Part shown: piece after piece, positions 1 to 10,831 of the stretch | How the letters are laid out: the number at the start of each line of letters is the position of its first letter | How positions within the stretch are numbered: the first letter of the stretch is position 1 | Assembly: GCF_000372725.1 (NCBI RefSeq) | Contig: NW_005202428.1 | Location: forward strand, 1,783,331 to 1,847,330 | Length of the DNA stretch: 64,000 bases | Direction: 5' to 3' | Source: Emiliania huxleyi CCMP1516 | Lineage: Eukaryota | Notes under the pieces: model-generated | The model's input: only the letters and a program-made list of their open reading frames with translations | The model's database searches: none | What the model was told of the DNA's origin: nothing | Position numbers and translations under genes: made by a program

Positions 1-707
1 GTCGTGTCATCCTTGTCAGGGGAGCAGGAGAGCCCCACCTGTGCCCCTGATCGTCCTTCCAAAATCCTGCTCGTGCAGGTGAGGACCCTGTCCTCCTCCC
101 CTATCCCTCGTTTGGGTGGTCTGTTTCTTTAGCGGCGAGTCGCAATCCAGGGGTCGTTGTGGCGGGCCACCCTGTCCAGAGAGGCACAGGTGCCAATCTG
201 GGGTCTTTCGACCGAGTCTATGAGCCCTGGCCGCCTCCCGGTGGTGGCAAGGTTGAGCAACCGAGAGGCAGAGATGGTGCGGGGGTACGGGTGTTCCAGG
301 GGGTCACGACACGCACCGACCCTTCACGAACCGAAAGGCTGTGCCCGGGGAAGGCACAGAGAAGGCACAGCAGTAATCCGGCACGTGTTGGGCGCCCCAT
401 GTTCCGTTTGGCGGCTAGGTCGGCTCAGGGCCCCGTCCACTTCTCCCTCCCACTTGGCGCGTGATGTTGAAGAGATGCCGGCCGGGCCAGCCAGGGCGGG
501 GATGGGGGGGCGAGGGCGGAGGGCGGGATTGGCGCCAAGCGGGAGGGAGGGAGCGGACGGGGTGGAACGCATAGATGGGGGATGGCGAACGAAGGCGGAG
601 GGCGGAAAGGTGGGAGGGCGACGGAAGTTGGCATGGGTGGGCGGCGGGTGGTTCGGAGGGGCGGGGGCGGGGGCGAGGCTGGGCGTCCTCCCATCCCTCT
701 CGAGCAC

Positions 708-751
708 TTGAGCACTGGATAGGGTCGATTCCGCATGGTACGGGACCCCTC
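708..751 (+). repeat. Dispersed 44-bp motif M1, copy 1 (identical to 36015-36058)
   Basis: TTGAGCACTGGATAGGGTCGATTCCGCATGGTACGGGACCCCTC occurs at both positions. Confidence 0.9.
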
Positions 752-1228
752 GATCGTCTCGCCCTCCCTCACTGGTGTGTTCATTGGGGGGGGGTCATAT
801 TACAAACACAGTACAGGATCGAGGTGCACGCTGCTGAAGCAGTGTCGTCCCCCCTCTCCATCACCTCTCTGGGAGGCGTCGGCGGTGATGGCGGCGTGAC
901 CGATCGAGCTACAAGGGGAGCTTGTTCAGCAGGATCCGGGTGGGCGGAGCAGTCCCTCACTTCCTCAAATGGGTGAGCCTCAGAACCCCAGCCCTCCAGC
1001 CCATCACCCATCGGCTCATGTGGATTCGAACCACCGCCGGGATGGATGCTTCCTGCTTCCATCAATGTCCCATCTGATTAATTCCAATTTCCTCCTGTGC
1101 AAGAGCGGAGAGGGCTCGGACGGCGCGTGGCGGGGGAGGGCAGGCATGGAATGGGCGCGGGGGAGGGAGGGGGGGCTCAGCCGTGCCGAAAAGCATCAAC
1201 TAAAAATTAATGCCATCCCTCTCCTTAA

Positions 1229-1296
1229 TCCTTAAAATCCCTGGTGGTGGCGGCGTGCCGTCCTCCCATCCCTCCCTTGGGTTGTCTGTTTTCTTT
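1229..1296 (+). repeat. Dispersed motif M2, copy 1 (inverted copies at 36453-36529 and 48338-48398; degenerate pieces near 90-130 and 684-699)
   Basis: CCTTAAAATCCCT...GTGCCGTCCTCCCATCCCTCCCTTGGGTTGTCTGTTTTCTTT. Reverse complements were read directly at the other sites. Confidence 0.85.
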
Positions 1297-1673
1297 CGTT
1301 TCCTCCCTTGGGTTGCCTGTTTCTTTCTTCCTTTTTTACTGGCCAAGCAGTTTTGTTTTACTGGCCTGGCACTGACAGAGAGAGTCGTGATTTCTTGTTG
1401 GTTAATAAAAATCTCTCTCTGGCAGACAAACACAAAACAAATCTCTCTCTCTGGTCTCTCTCTCTCTGGCAGAACACGATAAAGAAGAATTGAAAAATTA
1501 AAGAAAAACAAGCAATAAACGTACAGACTGCTCAACGAGGGACAGAAGAATTCGAAGACGCTCGGAGAAAAAAAAAACCGCGCGCCGCGCGCCGACTTCA
1601 GCGTGTTATTACTCCTCCTTCCAGGACCATCGTTCCTCCTGGCAGCCTACTTGCTGCTGTCTCCTACTTCAGC

Positions 1674-4382
1674 ATGGCGCTACTCAGCCTGCTTGCGCTG
1701 CTGCCGCTGGCGCAGGCTGCACAGAACGTCTTCATCCCCTTCAACGCTAAAGCCCAGGAGCAGCCCGTCATCTCGGACGCCAACGATGCAAACCCGGGTG
1801 ACCACGTAACTGAGGTCGACATCACGCTGTGTGAGGTGCTGCTGGTGGCTCACGATTCGGAGCTCGACGTGAAAGCCAGCCAGTACTCTCGCTCTTACTT
1901 TCTCGGAGCCGACATAGCCTGCAGCAACGTCATCATGGACGCGAGCACGCTGTCTGTGGGCGGACCTACCATCAAGGTGAAGCCTGGCGACCAAATGCGG
2001 ATCACGCTTTTCAACAACCTTCCGGCATCGAACAGGGGGTTCGAGTGGGCCAACACGCAATCCCTCAACAACACGTACCACGACGTGCACATCACCGGCC
2101 TCCACACCCACGGCCTCCACATCTCCGGCGAGGCGCCGGGCGACTCGATCTTCACGTCGGTCTACCCCAAGGGCTCGGACCCGTCCCTCTGTCCCGAGTA
2201 CGACGAGGGCACCGATCCCAAGTCTTGCTCTGTCGGCAGCCACACCTTCAACTACAGCATCCCAGCAGACCACATGGGCGGCACGTTCTGGTATCACCCG
2301 CACCACCACGGCTCGACTGCGCTGCAGGCCGGCGGCGGTGCTGCAGGCATGATCATCGTCGAGGACATGCCAGGTGACCTACCCACCGTCGTCGCAGAGA
2401 TGGAGGAGCACGTCATGTCGATGATCTCGGTGACCTTCATCAACAATCATGACATCGCCCGCAGCGGGGAGCTTGTCTGCAAGTGCAAGGTCGGCACCTG
2501 CGACGCCTGCACCGAGGCCACGAAGAACAAGTGCAAGAAGACCTGCAAAAACCCCGGTGGCGGTCCCGGGTTTGCGGGCAGTCTGGCGGGCTTTTTCAAT
2601 ACACTGCCGGGAGTCTCGGAGGGAGACTTCCTCGCGTGTCCCGTTGGCGACCGAAACGCGACTGTGCCGGCGGCCAAGCAGCATGAGCTCGAGCTCAAGT
2701 GCCAGGAGGGAGTCGGCGGGGGCGTCGGCGTGTGGGCGCCAGGGCTTGTCACAGACGGGTTGTCTGAAGGAACCCCGGAGCAACGACACAAGTTCCTCGG
2801 CGAGTCGAATATGGTGCTTATGAACGGCGCCTTCAACCCGGAGAAGGAGATTGTCGCCAACACGTGGCACCGGTTCCGCATGCTCTACTCCTCCGTCGAC
2901 AAGGTGGTGATGCCCACGATCGAGGGCGGTGGGTGCGAGTACAAGCTCCTCGCCAAGGACGGAATCACGCTGCAGTCGGCGCCGCGCGACTTCGAGACGG
3001 GCTTCATGGGCCCCGGGAATCGCGCGGACTGGCTGGTTCGCTGCCAGCCAGGGAAGCACAGGCTGATCACTCATGCGTACGTGCCCTTTGGAGGTGACTT
3101 GCTGCAGCTGACGGGCGAGACCAAGCTGTACGGCCCCGGGCCGAACGTCCGCGGCAACCACTACACCCGCGAGGCGCAAAACCTCGTGACTCTCGTCGCG
3201 ACGGTCGACGGCTCGGCGCCAGCGACGCCGTCGTGCGAGGTGCTGCCCACATTCGAGGTGGCCCGCCCGTGCTACCTGGTTGACCTGCAGCGCGAGCCGA
3301 GCACCTCCTTCTCCATGCATGACGATACCAAGATCGGGGTCACGCTCGGGTTGAAAGTCGGGAACAGCGACATTTCGGGCCTCCTCCCTCCCAACTACTA
3401 CGTCGAGTCGAACGAGAGCAGCTACAGCAACACGCTGGACTTCGACGGCATGCACTCTGTGGACGCGAAACCGCCCGTCGGACAGCCAATCGAGCTCGAC
3501 CTGCATGGACTCTACTTCCACGCCTTCCACCTGCACGTGAACCCGTTCCAGCTACAGGGCGACCCCATCCTGGCGGACGCCACCGCAGCGATCCCCAACG
3601 GCAACTCGGGCGGGGCGATCCACGCGAATTTCGAGGAGAAGAAGACGGGCGCGTTCGCCGACTACTTCCGCGCGGGCGACTGGCACGACACGCTCATGCT
3701 GCCCACGCGCAACTCTCTGACGGTCCGCTCGCAGACGGACAAGTTCACGGGGAGCCAGATCTTCCACTGTCACATCCTCGACCACGAGGACCTGGGCATG
3801 ATGGGGCAGTTCCTCATCCAGGAAGGGCCTGACGCCGAGTGGGCAGGGGCGAGGAGGATCGACCCCCGCTGCTACAACGCAAGCAGCGTGGAGCGCGGCG
3901 GCGCGAGGCCGTTTGCCCGCATCGTCGACCCAGGCTCGTGCGCGGCGGCCGAGGCGTACCCCGCGACGCCGCCCTTCCCGCCCCTCGCTCCGCCGCTCCC
4001 TCCGGCCGCACCGCCGCCGCCGCCGCCGCCTGTGAACCTCGTGACCATTGTGTTGAACCTCGTGACCGTTGGCATCGGGCTGTTGGCCTCGTTGATTCTC
4101 CTCTCCCTGTACTACTACTGCGGCTGCTTCTGCGGCGCCAGCGGTGGACTGTGCCAATCTGGCCACCACCCGTGCGCCGGCGCCATAGCCTGCTGGGAGG
4201 TCAACGAGTTCTGCTGCCAGAATTACGGCATCGGCCGACGCGACATTCCGGATGCCACGAAGCGCGATGTGGAGATCGCAAAGGTGGAGATCGACGTTGA
4301 GGTGGAGATCACGACGGGCGAGGCGATCCGGCCGGTTGCGCCGCAAGCGCCCTCGGGCATGGCGGAGCGGGAAGTGGTTTAG
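1674..4382 (+). CDS. Multicopper oxidase, type I membrane-anchored, single exon, 902 aa
   Basis: Signal peptide (MALLSLLALLPLAQA). All four MCO copper motifs are present: LHTHG, FWYHPHHHG, HAFHLH and HCHILDHEDLGMM. These are followed by a poly-Pro linker, a hydrophobic helix (VNLVTIVLNLVTVGIGLLASLILLSLYYY) and a Cys-rich tail. Confidence 0.95.
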   Translation: MALLSLLALLPLAQAAQNVFIPFNAKAQEQPVISDANDANPGDHVTEVDITLCEVLLVAHDSELDVKASQYSRSYFLGADIACSNVIMDASTLSVGGPTIKVKPGDQMRITLFNNLPASNRGFEWANTQSLNNTYHDVHITGLHTHGLHISGEAPGDSIFTSVYPKGSDPSLCPEYDEGTDPKSCSVGSHTFNYSIPADHMGGTFWYHPHHHGSTALQAGGGAAGMIIVEDMPGDLPTVVAEMEEHVMSMISVTFINNHDIARSGELVCKCKVGTCDACTEATKNKCKKTCKNPGGGPGFAGSLAGFFNTLPGVSEGDFLACPVGDRNATVPAAKQHELELKCQEGVGGGVGVWAPGLVTDGLSEGTPEQRHKFLGESNMVLMNGAFNPEKEIVANTWHRFRMLYSSVDKVVMPTIEGGGCEYKLLAKDGITLQSAPRDFETGFMGPGNRADWLVRCQPGKHRLITHAYVPFGGDLLQLTGETKLYGPGPNVRGNHYTREAQNLVTLVATVDGSAPATPSCEVLPTFEVARPCYLVDLQREPSTSFSMHDDTKIGVTLGLKVGNSDISGLLPPNYYVESNESSYSNTLDFDGMHSVDAKPPVGQPIELDLHGLYFHAFHLHVNPFQLQGDPILADATAAIPNGNSGGAIHANFEEKKTGAFADYFRAGDWHDTLMLPTRNSLTVRSQTDKFTGSQIFHCHILDHEDLGMMGQFLIQEGPDAEWAGARRIDPRCYNASSVERGGARPFARIVDPGSCAAAEAYPATPPFPPLAPPLPPAAPPPPPPPVNLVTIVLNLVTVGIGLLASLILLSLYYYCGCFCGASGGLCQSGHHPCAGAIACWEVNEFCCQNYGIGRRDIPDATKRDVEIAKVEIDVEVEITTGEAIRPVAPQAPSGMAEREVV

Positions 4383-4588
4383 GTGGGGGCCCTGTTATCT
4401 GCTTTGTCTTTTTTTGTCTAATGGAAGTGTGTGAGTGTGGGTGTGTGCTCTTATGTGAGTGTGTGCAGGTATTTTTTGCGAATCTTGGGTTGTAATTTAT
4501 TTTTCGGTTGTTCCCCTGTTTTGTGAGATTTTCATCGTAAAATTCTTTCAGTGAAATTCGCCGCCGCTGTTTTTCTTTATTCCGTCGG

Positions 4589-5024
4589 ATGACGGTCGGC
4601 TCTCGTCAGACAGTGGGGTACCTCCAGCTCAGCATGCCTTTCTACGTCATGGAGTGGAAGATGCGCGCCGGCTGTCCGAAGAAGGCTTTCGAGTGTTTCT
4701 TGGGCACGGGTGCGCCATTCCCTGGCGTCAAGATGCCCCTCGCCCGGACCGCTCCCTCACCACGCTCCTCCTGACGCCACGCCACCCCTCCTGCCGGCAC
4801 TGCTCGCTGACTCCGCAGCCGCCCCTTTCCGGCGACCATATGCTGCCCTGCGCGCCTCCCCTCCCTTCCACCGAGCCATGGTGGGAATGAAGGAAAAAAT
4901 ATCGCACAAAATCACTTCCCATTTCACATAGGGCCGAGTTCCTCGAGTGGAATACCACGCCCGTGCTCCCAGACGAAGAGGCGGGTGCGACGGCGGCGAA
5001 GGTCTTCCCAGAGTTCGCAAAGTG
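4589..5024 (+). CDS. Possible small spliced hypothetical protein or gene remnant
   Basis: Two coding-like segments, PFYVMEWKMRAGCPKKAFECFLG and AEFLEWNTTPVLPDEEAGATAAKVFPEFAK*, are separated by an intron-like stretch ending TAG at about 4931. No family recognised. Confidence 0.25.
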
Positions 5025-5199
5025 AGACATTGTGTCGGCCCCGGCGCGCGTAAAGACTAAAGTACAGTCGGTCCCGTCCGGTCGTGACACCTTCTCTCTC
5101 GTCTCTGCTCGCTCTGAAGCTCGTTCTGAATTATATCCTCTCTCGGGTCGTATTTTGTGGTCGCTCTCCGTCTCGCTATCACCTACAGGGGACACCAGT

Positions 5200-7127
5200 T
5201 TATCTCAGACCCCTCCCTAATGCCACACCGACGACCGAAGCCACGGCCACCGCCGCGACGGTGGCGACCCTCGCGTCACTGTTGCAAGCCTCAACACAGC
5301 TATCAAAAAGCAGACAGCTCCTGGCATTGGCGACTACGCGAGAACAGGCAAAGGAAGCGCTGCGCCACATTTGTGTGGCAAGTTGGCTGGCATCCGGCGC
5401 CTTGTCGGGGAATGGCCGGCCGTCGACGTCGAGATGCCACGGGGTGGCGACGCCCCACGGCGGCTTGCTCGGCGGCGGCCCCGCCCTGGGCGCGCTGTGC
5501 GCCTCCTCGATCGTGCTCGAGCCGTACGGCAGCACGACCGGGTCCGTGTTGATCCTCATCTTCATCGCGCCCTCGACGGACGCCTCGCTCACCACCATCA
5601 GGAAGCCGCCACCTGCGCCCGAGAAGAGGCAGCCCGCTGTGTGCGGGAAGCCGTGCCGCGCGACGAAAGCGCGCAACTCCTCGGACTTGGCCGCGTCCTT
5701 GCCGCGATACGGGTCGGTCGTGTACGGCAGCATCGCCTAGCACCGGATTCGCCGAGATGCACCGATGGAAAGGAGCGGATACGGGCGTGCGCGGCTTCAT
5801 CGCCTCCCACGCCGCCATCGTGTCGGAGAGCGCCTTGCCGAGCTTGGCGGCGTCCATGGCGAGGATCGCCTCCCACGCCTGCTCGGAGGCCTCGGCGAGG
5901 GTACGCACCATCCGCACCTTCTCGGCGAGCGGCACGGACGGGTCCTTCAAGCGGTTCACCTCCTGGCTGTTGTACCCGGGCGGGCGGGAGACGAAGGGGA
6001 TGTCGACGATGTGCACCACCCGCTCGAGCCACGCGAAGATGGCCGCCTGCCTCGGGTCGGCCGGGTCGCACAGAGAGACCACCGTGTGGGGCCAGTGGCG
6101 GCCGCCAGCGTAGCACAGCTTGTTGACGCCTGAGAACAGGAGGCCACAGTGGTCCTGGCTGCCCGCCCAGTAAAGCCGCTCCTCGGTTGCCGCCGCGTCG
6201 AAGTTCTCGGCGCCCCACAAGAACTGCGCCGCTCGCAGTGGCCCGAGGTGCTTTGGCATGCCGCCGTTCCACAGCTTGGCCGCCCACTTGCGTGACGACG
6301 TGGCGAGGCCGCACTCGTCGCGGCAGATGCCCTCGTGGAAGGCAATGTTGATGGTGATGGCGCAGCCCGACCAGAGCTCGTTGCACCACTTGAGGTCCAT
6401 CCAGCCGCCGCAGAAGCAGAAGCGCCACGGGAGCGAGCGGTGGAAGGCCTCCATTGGCAGCTGCTGCTTGGCTGCATCCTCAGCCGCGAGCATCTCCCGC
6501 AGCCGCTCCTTCATCGAGGTCGACGATCGCTCCTCGAGGCCGGGCGCGGCCTTGCGCGGCGCGACGACGATGCGCACGTCGAGGCCCGCCTGCCGCCAGA
6601 CATCAACCATTGCTCGTTGACGAGGCGTCGCTTCTCGCTATGTCTCGGCTATGTCTCGGACCGATCTCGGCTAAATCTCGCCTTCTCGAAGAGGCTCATC
6701 CGCTCCTCCAACTGCGACGCGTCGTCGTTGACAAAGTAGATGTCGGGCCGCAGCTCCTTCGCGTCCTCCACAAAGTCGAACCGGCCGCTGCCGACCGACA
6801 AGGCCGCATTGTGCACGCCCTTGATCTGGCGCACCATGAAGAGGCGCTCCTCGTCCGAGTACATCGGCGCGCGCCCCTTGAGCGCCTGCACGTTGTCCGA
6901 CGTTCCGATCCGGACGTACAGCTCTCCAAGCGTGGCCGCCTACGTCACGCGTCGTGCAGCGGCTCACACCTCTTGCGGAGGCTCACACCTCTTGGTGTGG
7001 GTGCAGAGGCGTGGCCGTGTCGTGGAGCGGCTCACACCTCTTGGAAGAACTCGACGTGGCCGGAGTGGAGGAGATCGAAGCAGCCAGAGACGAGCACCTT
7101 CTTGGCGCTGCTGCCTGGCCATTCCAT
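5200..7127 (-). CDS. Cytidylyltransferase (HxGH) - GHMP-kinase-like fusion protein, about 4 exons
   Basis: Exon 1 reads KKVLVSGCFDLLHSGHVEFFQE (nucleotidyltransferase signature), then YSDEERLFMVRQIKGV and RSSTSMKE. GHMP-like motifs follow: PWRFCFCGGWMD, GLATSS, AGSQD and SGAGGGFL. Introns lie at about 6940-7038, near 6620-6685 and at 5737-5803. The C-terminus is hydrophobic. Confidence 0.85.
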
Positions 7128-7373
7128 CCCACCTGGCGTGGCACCGACGCCCACTGACCGACGCCAGCTGACCAACACCACACCGATCTCCAGGGCTAAG
7201 GGGGGGCGAGGCCGGAGGAGTATGACGGCCTCTTCGACGACCCAAAAGGCGCCGTCTCCTGTGCCTTTTGTGGTGCCAGACGGATCGAGGAATTCTTTTG
7301 ACCGTGAATCGTGTCGTGCGACCGCCTTGCGTTCTAAAATTCTTTTGACCGGAAGGATGCACAGCTGCCCGGC

Positions 7374-8534
7374 ATGGTCGTCGTCCTGGACCGGCTGTAC
7401 GTCACCCTCTTCGTGGACGACGGCGACCCTCTCGCGACGCTTCTCGTGCAGGACGCGGCCTACTTCCAGTTTGGCACCACCGAGGTGATCGAGGCTCCGG
7501 CGACGCACGTGCACTTGCGCCACAAGAAGTACAACACCCTGAACGGCGCGTGCGTCGGGGTCCTCGACGACATAATGCCGAGCTGGCGGACGGCGCGCGG
7601 GCGTGGCGATCCGCACGTGGCGTGGATGTACGTGGTCGGCGAGCTGCCGTACAGCGAGCTCTCTTCGCAAGGCGCGCGCGTCGGCCTTCTCGACGGCCAA
7701 CATTCGTTCGTGTCGCCCCTCGCGGCGACACGCCGAATCAGCGTGCGGCGGTCGCCGGACGGCACTGGCCGCTGGGTCCCGGCGCACGTGCTGCGCCCCT
7801 TCATCCCGGCGGGCGTGCCCGATAATGTGGCTGTGCAGTGCGTGCGCGAGCTGATTGCCAAGGGCGGCCACCATTCGGGCACGCACCGCAAGGAAAAGAA
7901 GCGGGCGCGCGAGGAGAGGAGGCGCGACGAGGAGGGGGCGCCGCCGCCGCAGCAGCAGCAGAGCCGGGCGCGAAGGCCCGCCAGCGCGGCCACGCAGCTG
8001 CCCGCTGGGTGGGTCTCGGGCGTCGACCCCGCCACGGGCCACCTCTACTACCACCACACCCCCAGCGGGCGGTCGCAGTGGGAGTGGCCGGAGGCAGGAG
8101 GCGGCGAACCGTCCGCGGGCACGTCGAGCGGCGGCGATCCCACCCCCGCGGCAGCCAAGCGCCCCACCAAGGTCCACACTAGGGACGGCATGATGTACTT
8201 TGTTGACCGGCTCGGGCCGCTGCCGCACGAGATAGTGCGGACAGAGATGCGCGGGCCGCCCGGCAAGACGTACAAGGTCTTGTGCATGAGGCCGGTCGCA
8301 CCGACGGGCGAGACTTGCGAGGCACTCGGCCTCGCGAGCCGCTCCGGCCCGCCTCCCGAGGAGGTGTTTGTGCAGAAGCAGGAGCTCGTGTTCCTGCACG
8401 AGCGCTTCCGGCAGTATTGGTGCCTCGCCGCCCGCCCGATCCCCCCCCCCCCCCCCCCCGAACAGCGCCCCGTGGCGAACTGTTGCGCGCATCCCAACTC
8501 CCGCTACCAGGTACGAACGCGCCGGCGGCGATGA
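7374..8534 (+). CDS. WW-domain protein (3' end may be spliced)
   Basis: 386-aa ATG ORF with a canonical WW domain, LPAGWVSGVDPATGHLYYHHTPSGRSQWEWP. Confidence 0.75.
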   Translation: MVVVLDRLYVTLFVDDGDPLATLLVQDAAYFQFGTTEVIEAPATHVHLRHKKYNTLNGACVGVLDDIMPSWRTARGRGDPHVAWMYVVGELPYSELSSQGARVGLLDGQHSFVSPLAATRRISVRRSPDGTGRWVPAHVLRPFIPAGVPDNVAVQCVRELIAKGGHHSGTHRKEKKRAREERRRDEEGAPPPQQQQSRARRPASAATQLPAGWVSGVDPATGHLYYHHTPSGRSQWEWPEAGGGEPSAGTSSGGDPTPAAAKRPTKVHTRDGMMYFVDRLGPLPHEIVRTEMRGPPGKTYKVLCMRPVAPTGETCEALGLASRSGPPPEEVFVQKQELVFLHERFRQYWCLAARPIPPPPPPEQRPVANCCAHPNSRYQVRTRRRR

Positions 8535-9607
8535 CGCCCTTAAGGCCTCGCTCTTCGAGGCCGTGTCTCGCTACGCCGCGAAGCGCAGCGAGAGACTAAG
8601 CGAGGAGCAAGCCTTCCGCTCGCTGGCAAAGTGTCCTGCGCCGACGCCGGTGCCGAGCGAGTTTGTCGCTTCGGCGCTGAACCCGGAGACGCAGTAAGGC
8701 CGTATAAGTCGTCATCTCTTGTATAAGTCTAGAGAGGTGAGATAGATGTGTGTCGCCTCGAGTGTGTCGCGGAGGTCTCGAGACGTCGAGAGAGCGGCTT
8801 GATGAGTGTGCGCGAGCGCGTGCGTGGCTGGCGCGAGTGATGATCGTACAGAGTGTCAGTCATGGTAGAGTCAGTCATGCTAAACACGAATAAATGTCCA
8901 CGACCGCTCTCGCAACCAACTTCCGCTACTTTAGTGGTCGGCCGCTCGCAGGGTGTGTGCGTCTGCGTGGCCGGGCGCGCGGGGGCCGCGGCCCCCGGCC
9001 CCCGCGGGCCCGCATCGATGGACGATGCCGCGGCCCGCGCTCTCACACTGTGTGCCTGAGTGTGGGATGTCAATGGTCGCGCGCGGCCACCGCGCACCGG
9101 CCTCGCGAGCGCGCACTTGCACTTTGCACTCGCTTGCCTGCACAGTTTTGCACACTGATGTATAGGCTTGTGGTCCTGCCCTGCCGCATACTGCCGCACA
9201 ACTGCCCTGCCCTGCCCTGCCCAATCCCCTACCTGCCCCGGGTGTGAAATCCACACTGCCCTGCCCTGCCCTGCCCACACTGCCGAGGTGTGAATAGCCG
9301 GCCTCTCCCGAGGTCTCGGAGAAACTTCTCTCATACGTATATAGTTTTGTCTCCCCTCTTCGGCTCTCTAGTCTCCACACAAGAGTCCACATGTGTCATT
9401 TGTCAAGCATATGCGCACAGCTGTGTTCCTGAACACAGTAGCTGCTCCTCCCGCGACTGTGTCCACGACAAGTACGCAAAGTAGTAAGTACGTTCCCCCG
9501 AACGCGCATTGCCATTGGCCATTGCAATTTGCATGCACACCATGCACAAACGTTTCCCCACCTTCCAGCTGTGGCACTCGTGCACGCGAGGCTCCACGAG
9601 TGCTCGC

Positions 9608-10778
9608 TCAGCCGTACTTTTGCTGCAGCAGATACGCGAGCAGCTCGGCGTCACGCAGCTCCGAGACGTTGCGCATTCCCTGAGGCGGGGCGAGGGTGGG
9701 CGCGTGAGGGTTCGGCAGACCGCACTCCTCTCCCTGCGAAACGCTGCACACGCCTGCAAACGCTGCAGCTCGCGCCGGTCCCTGTCGGTGCAGACCACCA
9801 CCAGCGGCGAGCGCGGCGCGGTAGTCGGCAGCGTCTCCACCTGTTCACGCGCGCACGCTGTGAAGAGCTGCCCTCCTCTGTCGCCCCGCGCCGGTCCGCA
9901 CGCGAGTCGACCGTGGCGCCGCCCGCCTAGAGCCAAGTCACACAGCCGCGCTCAGCGGAGGGGGACAGCCGAGACGCGCCGGCCGGCCGCTCCCAGGCCT
10001 TCTCGATGATGATTTTGAGCTTGTCGGCGTCCGGAGAGGTGGTCTTGGTGATGTAGAAGGTGCGGCCGCGCAGGCAGGGCGCGGCGGCGGCGCGCGTGCG
10101 CGCCTTGGCGGCGTCCCAAGGGACTTTGACTCCCTGAGGTGTCGCGGGGGCTGGCGCGTCAAGGCCGAGTGGGCCCGCCTCGGAGGCATCTGTGGGCATC
10201 CTCTCGGCTCTCTCTCGCGCGCTCCCCTCTCGCTCGGCTCTTCGCTCTCGTGCGCCGCGCCTCTCGACCCCCGCCCCCCCCCTCTCACCCATCGCTCTCC
10301 GCTCTGTCTCTCGCGCGGCGCCTTGCTCGAGACAGTGCACTCGCCGAGCAAGTACGCGCCCACCGGCACGAACTGGTCGGCGGCGCGGCACGCGTCGACC
10401 CACTCGGGCGTCACGATGTCGCACACGGAGACGGCGACGAGCAGCTTGATGGTGCGCGACACGTTCGGGCTCGGCTCCACCACCATCACAGTGCTACCCT
10501 ACGGACCGGCAGTCACATCACAGTCACAGCTCGGCGGCCCATCGCAGCGCGCCACGCCGCCGCCGCCGCCGCTGCGCGCCGAGAGGGCGGCGGCGTCCTC
10601 GACGACGCTGCCGCCGAGCGACGCGACCGTGGCGAGAAAGCCGTCCAGCCGCTCGCCCTCGGGGAGGCCGGAGAAGGCGACGCTCGGCTGTGATTGTGCC
10701 TTTGGCGCCGCGGCAGTGGAGGAGGAGACGGCGGCGCCAGCCGACGACGAGCGGCGCCCGCTCGCGCGCCGCTCCCCC

Positions 10779-10831
<53 letters not shown>

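Noticed and set aside
157..1235. ORFs at the window start as genes
   Set aside because: No recognisable domain or coding bias. The region carries the dispersed M1/M2 motifs and is probably element-derived.
7032..8492. 486-aa minus ORF as an N-terminal extension of the cytidylyltransferase
   Set aside because: Most of it is antisense to the WW gene. Only the last ~31 codons from the ATG at 7127 look homologous.
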